Shown here: positions 56,352-64,000 of the stretch, piece after piece | How positions within the stretch are numbered: position 1 is the stretch's first letter | How the letters are laid out: each line of letters begins with the position of its first letter | Origin: a virus | Strand: one strand, 5' to 3' | DNA length: 64,000 nucleotides | Virus record (IMG/VR): IMGVR_UViG_3300045972_000807 | Coordinates: 107,757-171,756 of that record | The notes under the pieces: model-generated | The model's input: only the letters and a program-made list of their open reading frames with translations | The model's database searches: none | What the model was told of the DNA's origin: nothing | Program-made: the position numbers and the translations under genes

Positions 56352-57226
56352 CAATAACCACATAGGAGTGGTGTGCCATAAAGTCAGTAAGCAGGACCTA
56401 GTCTGCATAAGGAAGAACTGGCTTATGTGGCATACACTGTTAGAGTGGAAAGGTGCGGTGCAGGACGGGGGCTACCAAGACCACGACTGCGATGGAGTGT
56501 GGGCGTGCCTTTTTGAAAATGAAAGGTACGCTTCATCAATAGGCGTAAGGGCGGAGGATGCAGAAGACACATCCAAAATACCAACTTGGGCCACCCACGT
56601 AATGTGGTCCTCAAAATAGGGAACGGTAATGAACGTGAACGTTAAACATTTTTTGGTAGGCGCTGCTATAGGCACGGTACTGTTTGGGCTGCCTAGCCTC
56701 TGGCTATTCAACAAGGCAGAAAATTCCAAGCATGAAGTTGCTGCTTGGAAAACAGATTGTGGCGCACAAGGTGGCACGCTTCTGGTAACCTCAGGCGGGT
56801 ACGTGTGTGCCCGAGTAAGCGGTATCATCTTTGAAGTAAAGTGAGCATACTATGACAACAAAATCAGATGCACTCGGCGAGATTATCAAGGCGGCGCTTG
56901 CAGCACGCCAGAATACAGCAACGGTGGAGATCGTTAGCTTCATGCGGAAGCAGGGTCTAAAACCTACATTCAAGAATATAAAGCCATACGCTGTTACGCT
57001 AATCAAGATGCTGGTGACAGCTGGATACGACGACGCGCGTATCCGAAGTATTTGGCAAGTTAACGAATGGGGTCGCAACGATTTCATGCAGGTTACCTTT
57101 TCTGTTAATGAACCACCCGTACAGGAATACGTCCCACCGAGGGGCTGTGAAGCCAAATGGAGGAGACTCCAGCAGTACACAAACCAGGTAGCGGCCCACC
57201 CCACAGCCAACAACCTGCTTCACTAA
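56332..57226 (+). other. three hypothetical genes (56332-56619; 56629-56844, membrane-anchored; 56852-57226)
   Basis: SD-like motifs; TM helix in the second. Confidence 0.6.
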
Positions 57227-57244
57227 CTAACTTACCTATTGCTT

Positions 57245-57589
57245 ATGATTTCCGTTAGAGACAAGATACGAGCAGCGCTTGGTACCAGCCGGCTAAGCGT
57301 AGCTGACGTAGTAAGGGTTACAGGCTTGTCTCAATTAGTTGTCTCAACCCAGCTAAGTGCTATGAAGACCCGCACTAACGAAGTCCTCTACTTTAAGGAA
57401 ACCGGTAAGTACGGAAAATACGAACTAAAGAGTCCCCCAAAGTACAGTGGAAACATGAAGCAACTGGAGTTAAAGCTGTCGCAGCTTAGCGCCCACAGAG
57501 AAAGGATACGCTCAGTAGGCGTATCCTTGATCGACGAAATTATCTCAGACTTTGAATTCTTCAAGTCTGAATTTGGAACCAAATCTTAA
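57245..57589 (+). CDS. winged-helix HTH protein
   Basis: IRAAL....LSVADVVRVTGLSQLVVSTQLSAM followed by a beta wing. Confidence 0.6.
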   Translation: MISVRDKIRAALGTSRLSVADVVRVTGLSQLVVSTQLSAMKTRTNEVLYFKETGKYGKYELKSPPKYSGNMKQLELKLSQLSAHRERIRSVGVSLIDEIISDFEFFKSEFGTKS

Positions 57590-57603
57590 CCAAGGAGTAT
57601 TTT

Positions 57604-58053
57604 ATGCCCATAGTAACCATCACAGTCGATTCCAAGCCCGTCAAGGTGGATGTAGGCCGCTACCTTCTTAACGACACAATGCGTAAGCAGTACGAAAAGT
57701 TCACCGTCATTGGCAAAAACGTATTCGTCGATACGGCGTCTATGAAACCAGAACGCCGCTTGGCCGAAGTAGACCAAATAATCTACAGGTCGCTGGTGCG
57801 TAATCAGAACGTTTTGCTGTGCAACGTTGAAGCAGATCTACGCACGTACACCACCAGCACAAAGGTGAAGGCTTCTCCTGAAGAACTGATCGAGTACAAG
57901 AAGTACCGTGAAGCATTAGAGAAGCTGGCGCACAAAGCACACACCAAGAAGCTCAGCCATGATCTCAACATGATTCGGCAGGGCATCCAGAATGCTAAGA
58001 ACAGCATTGCCCGTAGCACCAAGTTCCTGGAAAAGTACAAAGACTTCAAATAG
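57604..58053 (+). CDS. hypothetical protein with basic coiled-coil C-terminus
   Basis: AAGGAG SD. Confidence 0.75.
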   Translation: MPIVTITVDSKPVKVDVGRYLLNDTMRKQYEKFTVIGKNVFVDTASMKPERRLAEVDQIIYRSLVRNQNVLLCNVEADLRTYTTSTKVKASPEELIEYKKYREALEKLAHKAHTKKLSHDLNMIRQGIQNAKNSIARSTKFLEKYKDFK

Positions 58054-58106
58054 CCTTATTTTCGGTGTATTTTTAATAACGGGTACATTAACCAAGGATA
58101 AACAGC

Positions 58107-58412
58107 ATGTCTGCAGGATTCGATTCATTTACGGTAGGTGACACGGTTGAGGACACGGACACAGGAAGCCAAGGCGTTATCCTAAAGGTCGAGGTCAACG
58201 TTGACCGAGAGCGCGTGGAATACTTTATCCACGGCGACGACTTTGACGATACGCACCCGTACACCGAAGGACAACTCTCCTTGGTTGTCCCAGCTTCAAA
58301 CGATTCCATTCGGGGCCTTATCGACTCGATCAATGGCCTGGACGTCAGCGAAGAAGAGGACGACGACGATTCTGAGGACGACGAAGAAAACGACGAAGAT
58401 GGAGAAGACTAA
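58107..58412 (+). CDS. SH3/KOW-like protein with highly acidic tail
   Basis: F.VGD.V.D..TG..GVI...Y.E.QL; poly-D/E tail. Confidence 0.7.
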   Translation: MSAGFDSFTVGDTVEDTDTGSQGVILKVEVNVDRERVEYFIHGDDFDDTHPYTEGQLSLVVPASNDSIRGLIDSINGLDVSEEEDDDDSEDDEENDEDGED

Positions 58413-58822
58413 TGGGACGCATAACTTCCAAGATCGAGTCTATAAACGACTTACAGTTAGAACCTATCCCCGCTAGGCGTCCTATAGCCGTAGTAAAGGC
58501 AGTTACTGCGGGGTACGCTGTAGTTTTGTTAGGCGCTGATAACAAAGTTTACAGTAACAAGGTTAGCAAATCGCGTTACTACCTGGCCGGTGACAGAGAC
58601 ATCTACGACACGCTTGACGGCTGCGTTAAACTGGGAGTGCTTAGCGCAGATGCGGTAAAGCAGTTTAAGCTAGACCGGGAGACTGAGCAAAAACAGCGTA
58701 GTAAGCGCTATGCGGCTCAAAATATGCTAGACAACGCTAAAGAGGCTGGCTTGACTCTGACTAAGGCGCAGGAAGAGAAGCTTAGAAGCCTAGCTAAGGA
58801 GACCGTAAATGAGTATTGCTAA
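58412..58822 (+). CDS. hypothetical protein
   Basis: TAATG overlap with upstream gene. Confidence 0.7.
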   Translation: MGRITSKIESINDLQLEPIPARRPIAVVKAVTAGYAVVLLGADNKVYSNKVSKSRYYLAGDRDIYDTLDGCVKLGVLSADAVKQFKLDRETEQKQRSKRYAAQNMLDNAKEAGLTLTKAQEEKLRSLAKETVNEYC

Positions 58823-60044
58823 CAAAAAAGTAGCGGTCGTAATGATCGTGAAGAACGAGGAAGCGGTTATAGCACGCTGCCTCAAGTCTGTATTCCCCAT
58901 TGCCGATATGTTTATCATCTCGGATACAGGCAGCACCGACAACACTAGCCTTGTGCTAATGAACCTCTTCAATCAGCCAGAGTGGGCTGGAAAGACCCGG
59001 TATTTCTACTCTGATCCTTGGGTCAACTTTGAGCACAACCGAAACGCTGCGCTTAACCATTTCAAGGAGCTAAGCGAAAAGCTGGACATGTCTGAATGGC
59101 TTGTACTCAGCATGGACGCAGACGACCAATTGATCTTCAATGCCGCAGAGTTTTTGAATGACCACTCGCCTGAGTCTCTGGCTAGTACGGTTACAGTAAC
59201 TCCGGCCGGTGCCAACGTTATTAGCGTTCAATACAGCTTGAAGACGTTGTCGTACATGCGCCCCAGCCTTGTGGGCGATCCCATGAACTGGGGCTGGGAA
59301 GGCGCCGTTCACGAGTACCTAGCGTACAAGGGCGACAAGCGTTCTTTATCCTTCGGCAACCTTGAGGGGGCCTACGTTCTGGCCTCCGCGTCTGAGGGCG
59401 CCCGGTCAAAGGACAACGACAAGTACCTGAAGGATGCTGAACTCCTTGAGGCAGAGCTGGAAAAAGACCCAACCAATACCCGAAACCAGTTCTACCTGGC
59501 TCGCAGCTACCACGACCACTTCCGTATGCTTCATGCCAACGGCGACAAGGGTACCCTGGAGTTCTTTGCTAAGGCTCAGTCGGCCTACAGCCGAAGAGCC
59601 AAAAAGGTCGCAGGTAAGGCGGATGTCTTTGAAGAAGAACGCTGGTACGCTGCCTACCAGGCCGCTGTGCTGGGTCGACACCTTAACGACCTTATCGACG
59701 TGGTGTCCCAGCGTCCTTGGCGTGCCGAGGCAGCATTAGACTGCTCTGCGCTTGCAGAAGCGCAAGGTCAAGTAGGCACCGCGTTTACCTATGCCCTGTT
59801 GGCCTCTTTGGCTCACGAAGAAACAAATCAAGACATCTTGTTTGTAGACAAGTCTGCGTATGGATTAAAGGCTGTCGACCGCCTGGGCACAATTGCCTAC
59901 TACGCACAGTTCTACCGGGTGGGGCTTGAAGCCTGCAATACCTGCCTAGAAGATTTTGCAAGTCAGCTGTCGGAAGCTGATGCAGTCCGTATCGAAAACA
60001 ACCGGGCTTTCTACGCGGTTAAACTTGGGAAAGGTCCAGTCTAA
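58809..60044 (+). CDS. glycosyltransferase family 2 with TPR-like C-terminus
   Basis: MIVKNEE..I.RCL.SV; DTGSTD.T; F..NRN.AL; DADD (DxD); W.G.VHE.L; R..FYLA.SY. Confidence 0.9.
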   Translation: MSIANKKVAVVMIVKNEEAVIARCLKSVFPIADMFIISDTGSTDNTSLVLMNLFNQPEWAGKTRYFYSDPWVNFEHNRNAALNHFKELSEKLDMSEWLVLSMDADDQLIFNAAEFLNDHSPESLASTVTVTPAGANVISVQYSLKTLSYMRPSLVGDPMNWGWEGAVHEYLAYKGDKRSLSFGNLEGAYVLASASEGARSKDNDKYLKDAELLEAELEKDPTNTRNQFYLARSYHDHFRMLHANGDKGTLEFFAKAQSAYSRRAKKVAGKADVFEEERWYAAYQAAVLGRHLNDLIDVVSQRPWRAEAALDCSALAEAQGQVGTAFTYALLASLAHEETNQDILFVDKSAYGLKAVDRLGTIAYYAQFYRVGLEACNTCLEDFASQLSEADAVRIENNRAFYAVKLGKGPV

Positions 60045-60103
60045 CCAAAAGCCTATCCACCCACAATTTGAAGATCCCCTGTGCAACTTACCCGATTTTT
60101 GAA

Positions 60104-60493
60104 ATGAACAATACCCAAAGCCCTCGCCAATCCGACAATGGCGGTTTTCGCAATGCAATGCCATCACCCCGCCGTGATACCTTCACGCATGATACCGGCC
60201 GCGGTAACTACGTCCTTACGGATGCAGAAGCCAGAGTCCCAAAGCTGCCATTTGACTACGTGGCTACTGCGGTGAATTTTATCATCCAGAACATGCACCG
60301 CCCTGAAGCAATGGTGTATGCTTATCAGCAGCACGCACTCGCCTGGTTCGATGTGCATCCCCTTAACGGACACCTTATCACGTATGAAGAATGCAATCGG
60401 TGCCAAGATGAACTGCTGCACTTCCTGCGCGGGCAACTCAAAGCCGCGCCGGTTGCTATCGCAGCTGTGCAAGGGGGACGTAATCGTGCCTGA
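60104..60493 (+). CDS. hypothetical protein
   Basis: Intact ORF; start uncertain. Confidence 0.6.
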   Translation: MNNTQSPRQSDNGGFRNAMPSPRRDTFTHDTGRGNYVLTDAEARVPKLPFDYVATAVNFIIQNMHRPEAMVYAYQQHALAWFDVHPLNGHLITYEECNRCQDELLHFLRGQLKAAPVAIAAVQGGRNRA

Positions 60494-61307
60494 TACTCCC
60501 AAAGTAACTATGCAGGAAGACTCACAGTTCCATGAGGCTGTAAAAATTCTTGACCACGGGCTGGTGCGCCTTGTGGACCACATGGGTAGTGACCTCAGCA
60601 TTGTGCGATCCGCACGAGTGTCTTACGACGCAGACTGGCGTGCTGGCGAAGATGAGGGAAGCGACCGAAAACTCATCAACTACTTGATGAGAAACCGCCA
60701 CACTACCCCGTTTGAGAGTGTGCAGGTCACCTTCGAGATCAAGGCGCCTATCTTTGTTTTCCGCCAGTGGCATCGTCATCGCACGTTCTCCTACAACGAA
60801 GTGTCTGCCCGCTACACCGCGTTGCCTGCCGAATACTACGTACCTGAAGTGGCCCAAATAACCACCCAGTCTACCAGTAACAAGCAGATGCGTACTGACG
60901 AGCAGCACAGCATGGCTGCTGCAATTCAGGAAGTCATCCGAACCCAGTCCAGGCAAGCTCACGAAGTGTACCATGTCCTGATTAAGAAAGGATGCCCGCG
61001 TGAACTGGCTAGAAGTGTTTTGCCGGTTAACACCTACAGCCATATGTTCTGCAGCGTTAGCCTGCATAACCTTTTCAATTTTCTGCGCCTACGTCTACAC
61101 TCTCACGCTCAATACGAGATTCGCGTGTACGCTGAGGCAATGCTCAATCTGATTGAACCTATTGCCCCCGTGGCTGTCGGAGCCTTCAAGGCTTCGCTGG
61201 AAATGGACAAGCAGATCGAACGCTGGAAGCGTTTCAAAGAATCAGCGGCGTACTCTAAGGCGCTTGCTGAATTTGAAATCGCCCAGGATCCTACACGTAA
61301 CTCTTAA
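60486..61307 (+). CDS. thyX: flavin-dependent thymidylate synthase
   Basis: ARVSY; H.TPFE; RQWHRHRTFSYNEVSARY (RHRx7S motif); RE.AR.VLP; HAQYEIR. Confidence 0.97.
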   Translation: MPDTPKVTMQEDSQFHEAVKILDHGLVRLVDHMGSDLSIVRSARVSYDADWRAGEDEGSDRKLINYLMRNRHTTPFESVQVTFEIKAPIFVFRQWHRHRTFSYNEVSARYTALPAEYYVPEVAQITTQSTSNKQMRTDEQHSMAAAIQEVIRTQSRQAHEVYHVLIKKGCPRELARSVLPVNTYSHMFCSVSLHNLFNFLRLRLHSHAQYEIRVYAEAMLNLIEPIAPVAVGAFKASLEMDKQIERWKRFKESAAYSKALAEFEIAQDPTRNS

Positions 61308-61341
61308 CCCACCATCCCACAACACCACCCAAGGAATCAAA

Positions 61342-62109
61342 ATGGCAAAAATGGCACTGTGTATCAAGCGTAAAGACCTCGTGGACCTGAATCGCATTCT
61401 GCAATACCCTGAACTGCAAGGTATGATGCTGGCCGACGCGCCGGTTGAATTCCTGCGCTTGACAACTTCCCTGGAAGACCGAGCAACCTGCGAAACCGAC
61501 CCGTCACTGCTGCAACTGCTTCCCTACGTGCTGATCCAGCGCGCAGACACCGGCCAGTATTTCACTTACTGCCGCGGCAAGGGCGGCAATGAAGCTCGCC
61601 TGCACGGTAACCTCAGCATTGGCGTTGGCGGTCACGTGGACACGGACCTCCCAGAAGACAACGTTTTTGAGGCTATTGAGGACGATCTCCTCAGTCACCT
61701 GGAAGACACGGCTGTCCGTGAAATCACAGAAGAGATCGGAATTCAATTCCTGGCCGAAGACGAAGACGCAGCTGAAGAGGAATCCCAGGATCTCCTGGAA
61801 GTACCCGCCGGCATGTGGACTGGCGAAATCATTTATGACGACACCAATCCTGTGGGCCAGGTTCACCTGGGACTGCTGTTCCGCTTTATCATCCCAGATG
61901 CGTCCTACCTGGGCGCAACCGAAGTGGGCATTATTGAAGGCTCCGAGTGGCATACGATGGAAGAGCTGTTGGCCCCTGAGACCTTTGACAGGCTGGAAAA
62001 CTGGTCTAAGATCGTCGTGCAAACCATTGGCAACTATGAGGCGGAACTTGCGGCCTCTGAAGACTACGCTGAGGACGACGAGGGCGAGCTCCTAGGCGAA
62101 ACGGTGTAA
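61342..62109 (+). CDS. Nudix-family phosphoesterase (COG4112-like)
   Basis: E.DP...QL.PY; E.RLH...SIGVGGH; RE..EE; VG.VHLG; LE.WS. Confidence 0.85.
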   Translation: MAKMALCIKRKDLVDLNRILQYPELQGMMLADAPVEFLRLTTSLEDRATCETDPSLLQLLPYVLIQRADTGQYFTYCRGKGGNEARLHGNLSIGVGGHVDTDLPEDNVFEAIEDDLLSHLEDTAVREITEEIGIQFLAEDEDAAEEESQDLLEVPAGMWTGEIIYDDTNPVGQVHLGLLFRFIIPDASYLGATEVGIIEGSEWHTMEELLAPETFDRLENWSKIVVQTIGNYEAELAASEDYAEDDEGELLGETV

Positions 62110-62157
62110 ACTGTATATATCGTTTAGGTGGTACCGGTAAACGGTGTATATCGTTTA
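62107..62157. promoter_or_regulatory. tandem pair of 20-bp quasi-palindromic operator-like sites
   Basis: TAAACTGTATATATCGTTTA (62107-62126) and TAAACGGTGTATATCGTTTA (62138-62157). Confidence 0.7.
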
Positions 62158-62204
62158 CCGTGTACAGCACTGCAGCGTAACTGAGCAGTGTAGAAATTCA
62201 CTAG

Positions 62205-62229
62205 AATGCACTGTAAAAGGTGCATTTTT
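62205..62229 (+). terminator. possible intrinsic terminator
   Basis: AATGCAC-TGTAAAAG-GTGCATT followed by TTT. Confidence 0.45.
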
Positions 62230-62290
62230 GTATTGTAATAGCAGGATTCTGACTGTTTTTAATGTATTGTACCGTTAAAGGTGGTTTTTT

Positions 62291-62325
62291 GTGTTACAAT
62301 GAAGGCGTAGGGGCGAGGGTCCCAC
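62291..62325 (+). promoter_or_regulatory. extended -10 promoter followed by a 5' hairpin
   Basis: GTGTTACAATGAAGGCGTAGGG. Confidence 0.75.
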
Positions 62326-62419
62326 CAGAGAAGGAGTGTGTTGCAGGCTAAGGCGCACAGCGCAGCGCAGCACAACAGGTAGTAGTTTTATGTGTAAGAG
62401 TTAATCAACAGGAGTATTT

Positions 62420-63070
62420 ATGGCTTTCGTAAAAAAGGCAGTAACCGCAACAGGTACCGCTGCAAAGAAGAAACCTGCTGCTAAGGCAGTCGCAGGAGCC
62501 CCGGTCAAGCGCGGTTTTCCCGCTCGCAAACCAGGTGCTGCTGCAGGTCCGGCAAAGCCGCGTCCCCCGAAGGTCACGTTCCAGGCCCCCAGCGACATGA
62601 AGTCGTGTTTTGTGGAATTCATGTTTCGTACCCAGGCTGATGGCCTTATCGGCCCGTCGTTCAAGGCTGTCCGCGTTAAGGGCAACTGGACCAACGAAGC
62701 GGCCAAGCGTTTCGACATGATGGAATACGATGCACCGACGGTTGCAGCGATCATCTCTCGCATCGCGGCTCGCACGTTTGCTACAAACGCAGCACGGCGT
62801 TTGCCTGCTAACACAGCATTCAAGGTTGTCATTCGCGCTGGCCTCCGCAAGGCCGATGACACAATCATCTCCGGCATCAAGAGCATCGCCAAGCAGGTGA
62901 AGCTCAAGTCCGGTAAATCCACGTGGAAGGAACTGGTCGACAAGACTGATCCGGTGTATCGCAAGATCCGTTCTTGCGGCCGTTTCCTGCCAGGCGCCTT
63001 TGTCAACATGCAACTGCCACCGAGCACACGCCGCTCGAAGAAAGGGGATGACGAAGCAGACGAAGAATGA
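62420..63070 (+). CDS. basic protein with histone-H1-like P/A/K-rich N-terminal tail (putative nucleoid protein)
   Basis: AGGAG SD; AAKKKPAAKAVAGAPVKRGFPARKP; strong codon bias. Confidence 0.75.
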   Translation: MAFVKKAVTATGTAAKKKPAAKAVAGAPVKRGFPARKPGAAAGPAKPRPPKVTFQAPSDMKSCFVEFMFRTQADGLIGPSFKAVRVKGNWTNEAAKRFDMMEYDAPTVAAIISRIAARTFATNAARRLPANTAFKVVIRAGLRKADDTIISGIKSIAKQVKLKSGKSTWKELVDKTDPVYRKIRSCGRFLPGAFVNMQLPPSTRRSKKGDDEADEE

Positions 63071-63184
63071 TCTAATCATCCCAAACAGAACAAACTTTTA
63101 ATGAAAAGCATCTAGCGCTGCATCTGGGCAGTAGCGCAACGGATTCAATGTGTGAGCCCTGTTTTTAACTTAGGAAAATTCCAA

Positions 63185-64000
63185 ATGACATACAACGTCA
63201 AGATTATCGCTGCAAAGGTTGTCCAAGCTCTGTCCTCCAAGCCCATGCCTTTCGGCGGACCTGATAGCGAACTCCGTACAGCCGACGGTGCGGTGTTTCA
63301 CAAGTCAGCAATCATCTACGTGAATGACGACGGCAGCACCCTGGTCAACACCGGCATGGCCGTTACGTTTGAAGCAACCAAAGTCCTGTTCAAAGACGGC
63401 CGCTACAACTTTGTGCTGACCGACGGCACCAAGGCCTCCTTCTACGCTGACCGCGGCGCCGACATCGAAATCGAAGAAGCCGTCGAAGCTGAAGAAGCCG
63501 AGGAAGAGGAAGAAGACGAAGCACCGGCCCCCAAGAAGCGCGGCCGCAAGGCGGCTCCTGTGGAAGACGAGGAAGAGGAAGAAGCCGAAGAAGATGCTGA
63601 AGAAGACGCCGACGAAGAAGACGAAGACGAAGACGACTTTGAAGTTCCTGTGCGCGGCAAAAAGCCGGCGGCCAAGGCCAAGGCGGCTCCCGCTAAACGC
63701 GGCAAAAAGGCAGTAGTCGAGGAAGAGGAAGAAGACGACGCTGACGAAGAGGAAGAAGACGCCGACGAAGAAGACGACGAAGAACTGGAAATCCCAGTGC
63801 GCGGCAAAAAGCCCGCCGCCAAGAAGCCGGCAGCCAAGGCTGCTCCTGCCAAGCGCGGTCGCAAGGTAGTTGGGGAAGAGGAAGAGGAAGACGACGCCGA
63901 GGAAGAAGACGACGCTGACGAAGAGGAAGAAGACGAAGCACCGGCTCCCAAGAAAAAGGCAGCGGCGAAGGGCAAGGCTTCCTCGAAGGTTGACTGGGAC
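63185..64000 (+). CDS. protein with about 95-aa beta-rich core and alternating poly-E/D and K/R/A/P blocks; runs off the window
   Basis: AGGA SD; ATG at 63185, open for 272 codons to ...KVDWD at the edge; absent from the ORF track because there is no stop. Confidence 0.85.
   Translation, partial: MTYNVKIIAAKVVQALSSKPMPFGGPDSELRTADGAVFHKSAIIYVNDDGSTLVNTGMAVTFEATKVLFKDGRYNFVLTDGTKASFYADRGADIEIEEAVEAEEAEEEEEDEAPAPKKRGRKAAPVEDEEEEEAEEDAEEDADEEDEDEDDFEVPVRGKKPAAKAKAAPAKRGKKAVVEEEEEDDADEEEEDADEEDDEELEIPVRGKKPAAKKPAAKAAPAKRGRKVVGEEEEEDDAEEEDDADEEEEDEAPAPKKKAAAKGKASSKVDWD

Noticed and set aside
62107-62126. LexA SOS box (CTGTATATAT...)
   Set aside because: Only one CTGT half-site; the CAG required for CTG-N10-CAG is missing
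63470-63960. CRISPR array or non-coding tandem repeat
   Set aside because: The repeats are in-frame codon repeats for E/D and K/A/P blocks, without constant repeat and unique spacer structure
1-64000. Stop-codon reassignment or tRNA genes
   Set aside because: Core genes are full-length in the standard code and end in TAA, TAG or TGA; no cloverleaf was recognised by eye, and tRNAscan would be needed to exclude one

Overview
This is a 64-kb stretch of a large, apparently lytic dsDNA myovirus (contractile tail, roughly 50% GC by eye, standard genetic code, probably a proteobacterial host). It has three blocks. (1) 1-11.6 kb, + strand: a Dda/RecD-like helicase, many small early genes, a protein ending in Gly-Gly with a tightly coupled partner, a phage-encoded acyl carrier protein and a WYL_2/SH3-like protein. 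(2) 11.65-44.1 kb, - strand: a late morphogenesis cluster with scaffold-like protein, head decoration, major capsid protein, neck, sheath, a free-standing endonuclease, putative internal head proteins, tube, chaperone with a likely +1 frameshift, tape-measure/M15 peptidase, SLT, baseplate, two glycine-rich fibres, a membrane-anchored endolysin and a type IB topoisomerase. (3) 44.3-64 kb, + strand: about 45 small early genes, NAD-dependent ligase, GT2-TPR glycosyltransferase, ThyX, a Nudix-like enzyme, and a basic H1-like protein followed by a blocky acidic/basic protein. Portal, terminase and prohead protease were not recognised here. No tRNA, CRISPR array or integrase was seen. The best candidates for new biology are the GG-terminated protein plus Cys partner pair, the basic/polyampholyte protein pair, a shared N-terminal motif on putative internal head proteins with a [VIL]-x-A cleavage signature, four copies of a 20-bp palindrome tied to a conserved promoter class, and two structured non-coding segments in the late cluster. 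All product calls come from motif recognition by eye; no database searches were run.
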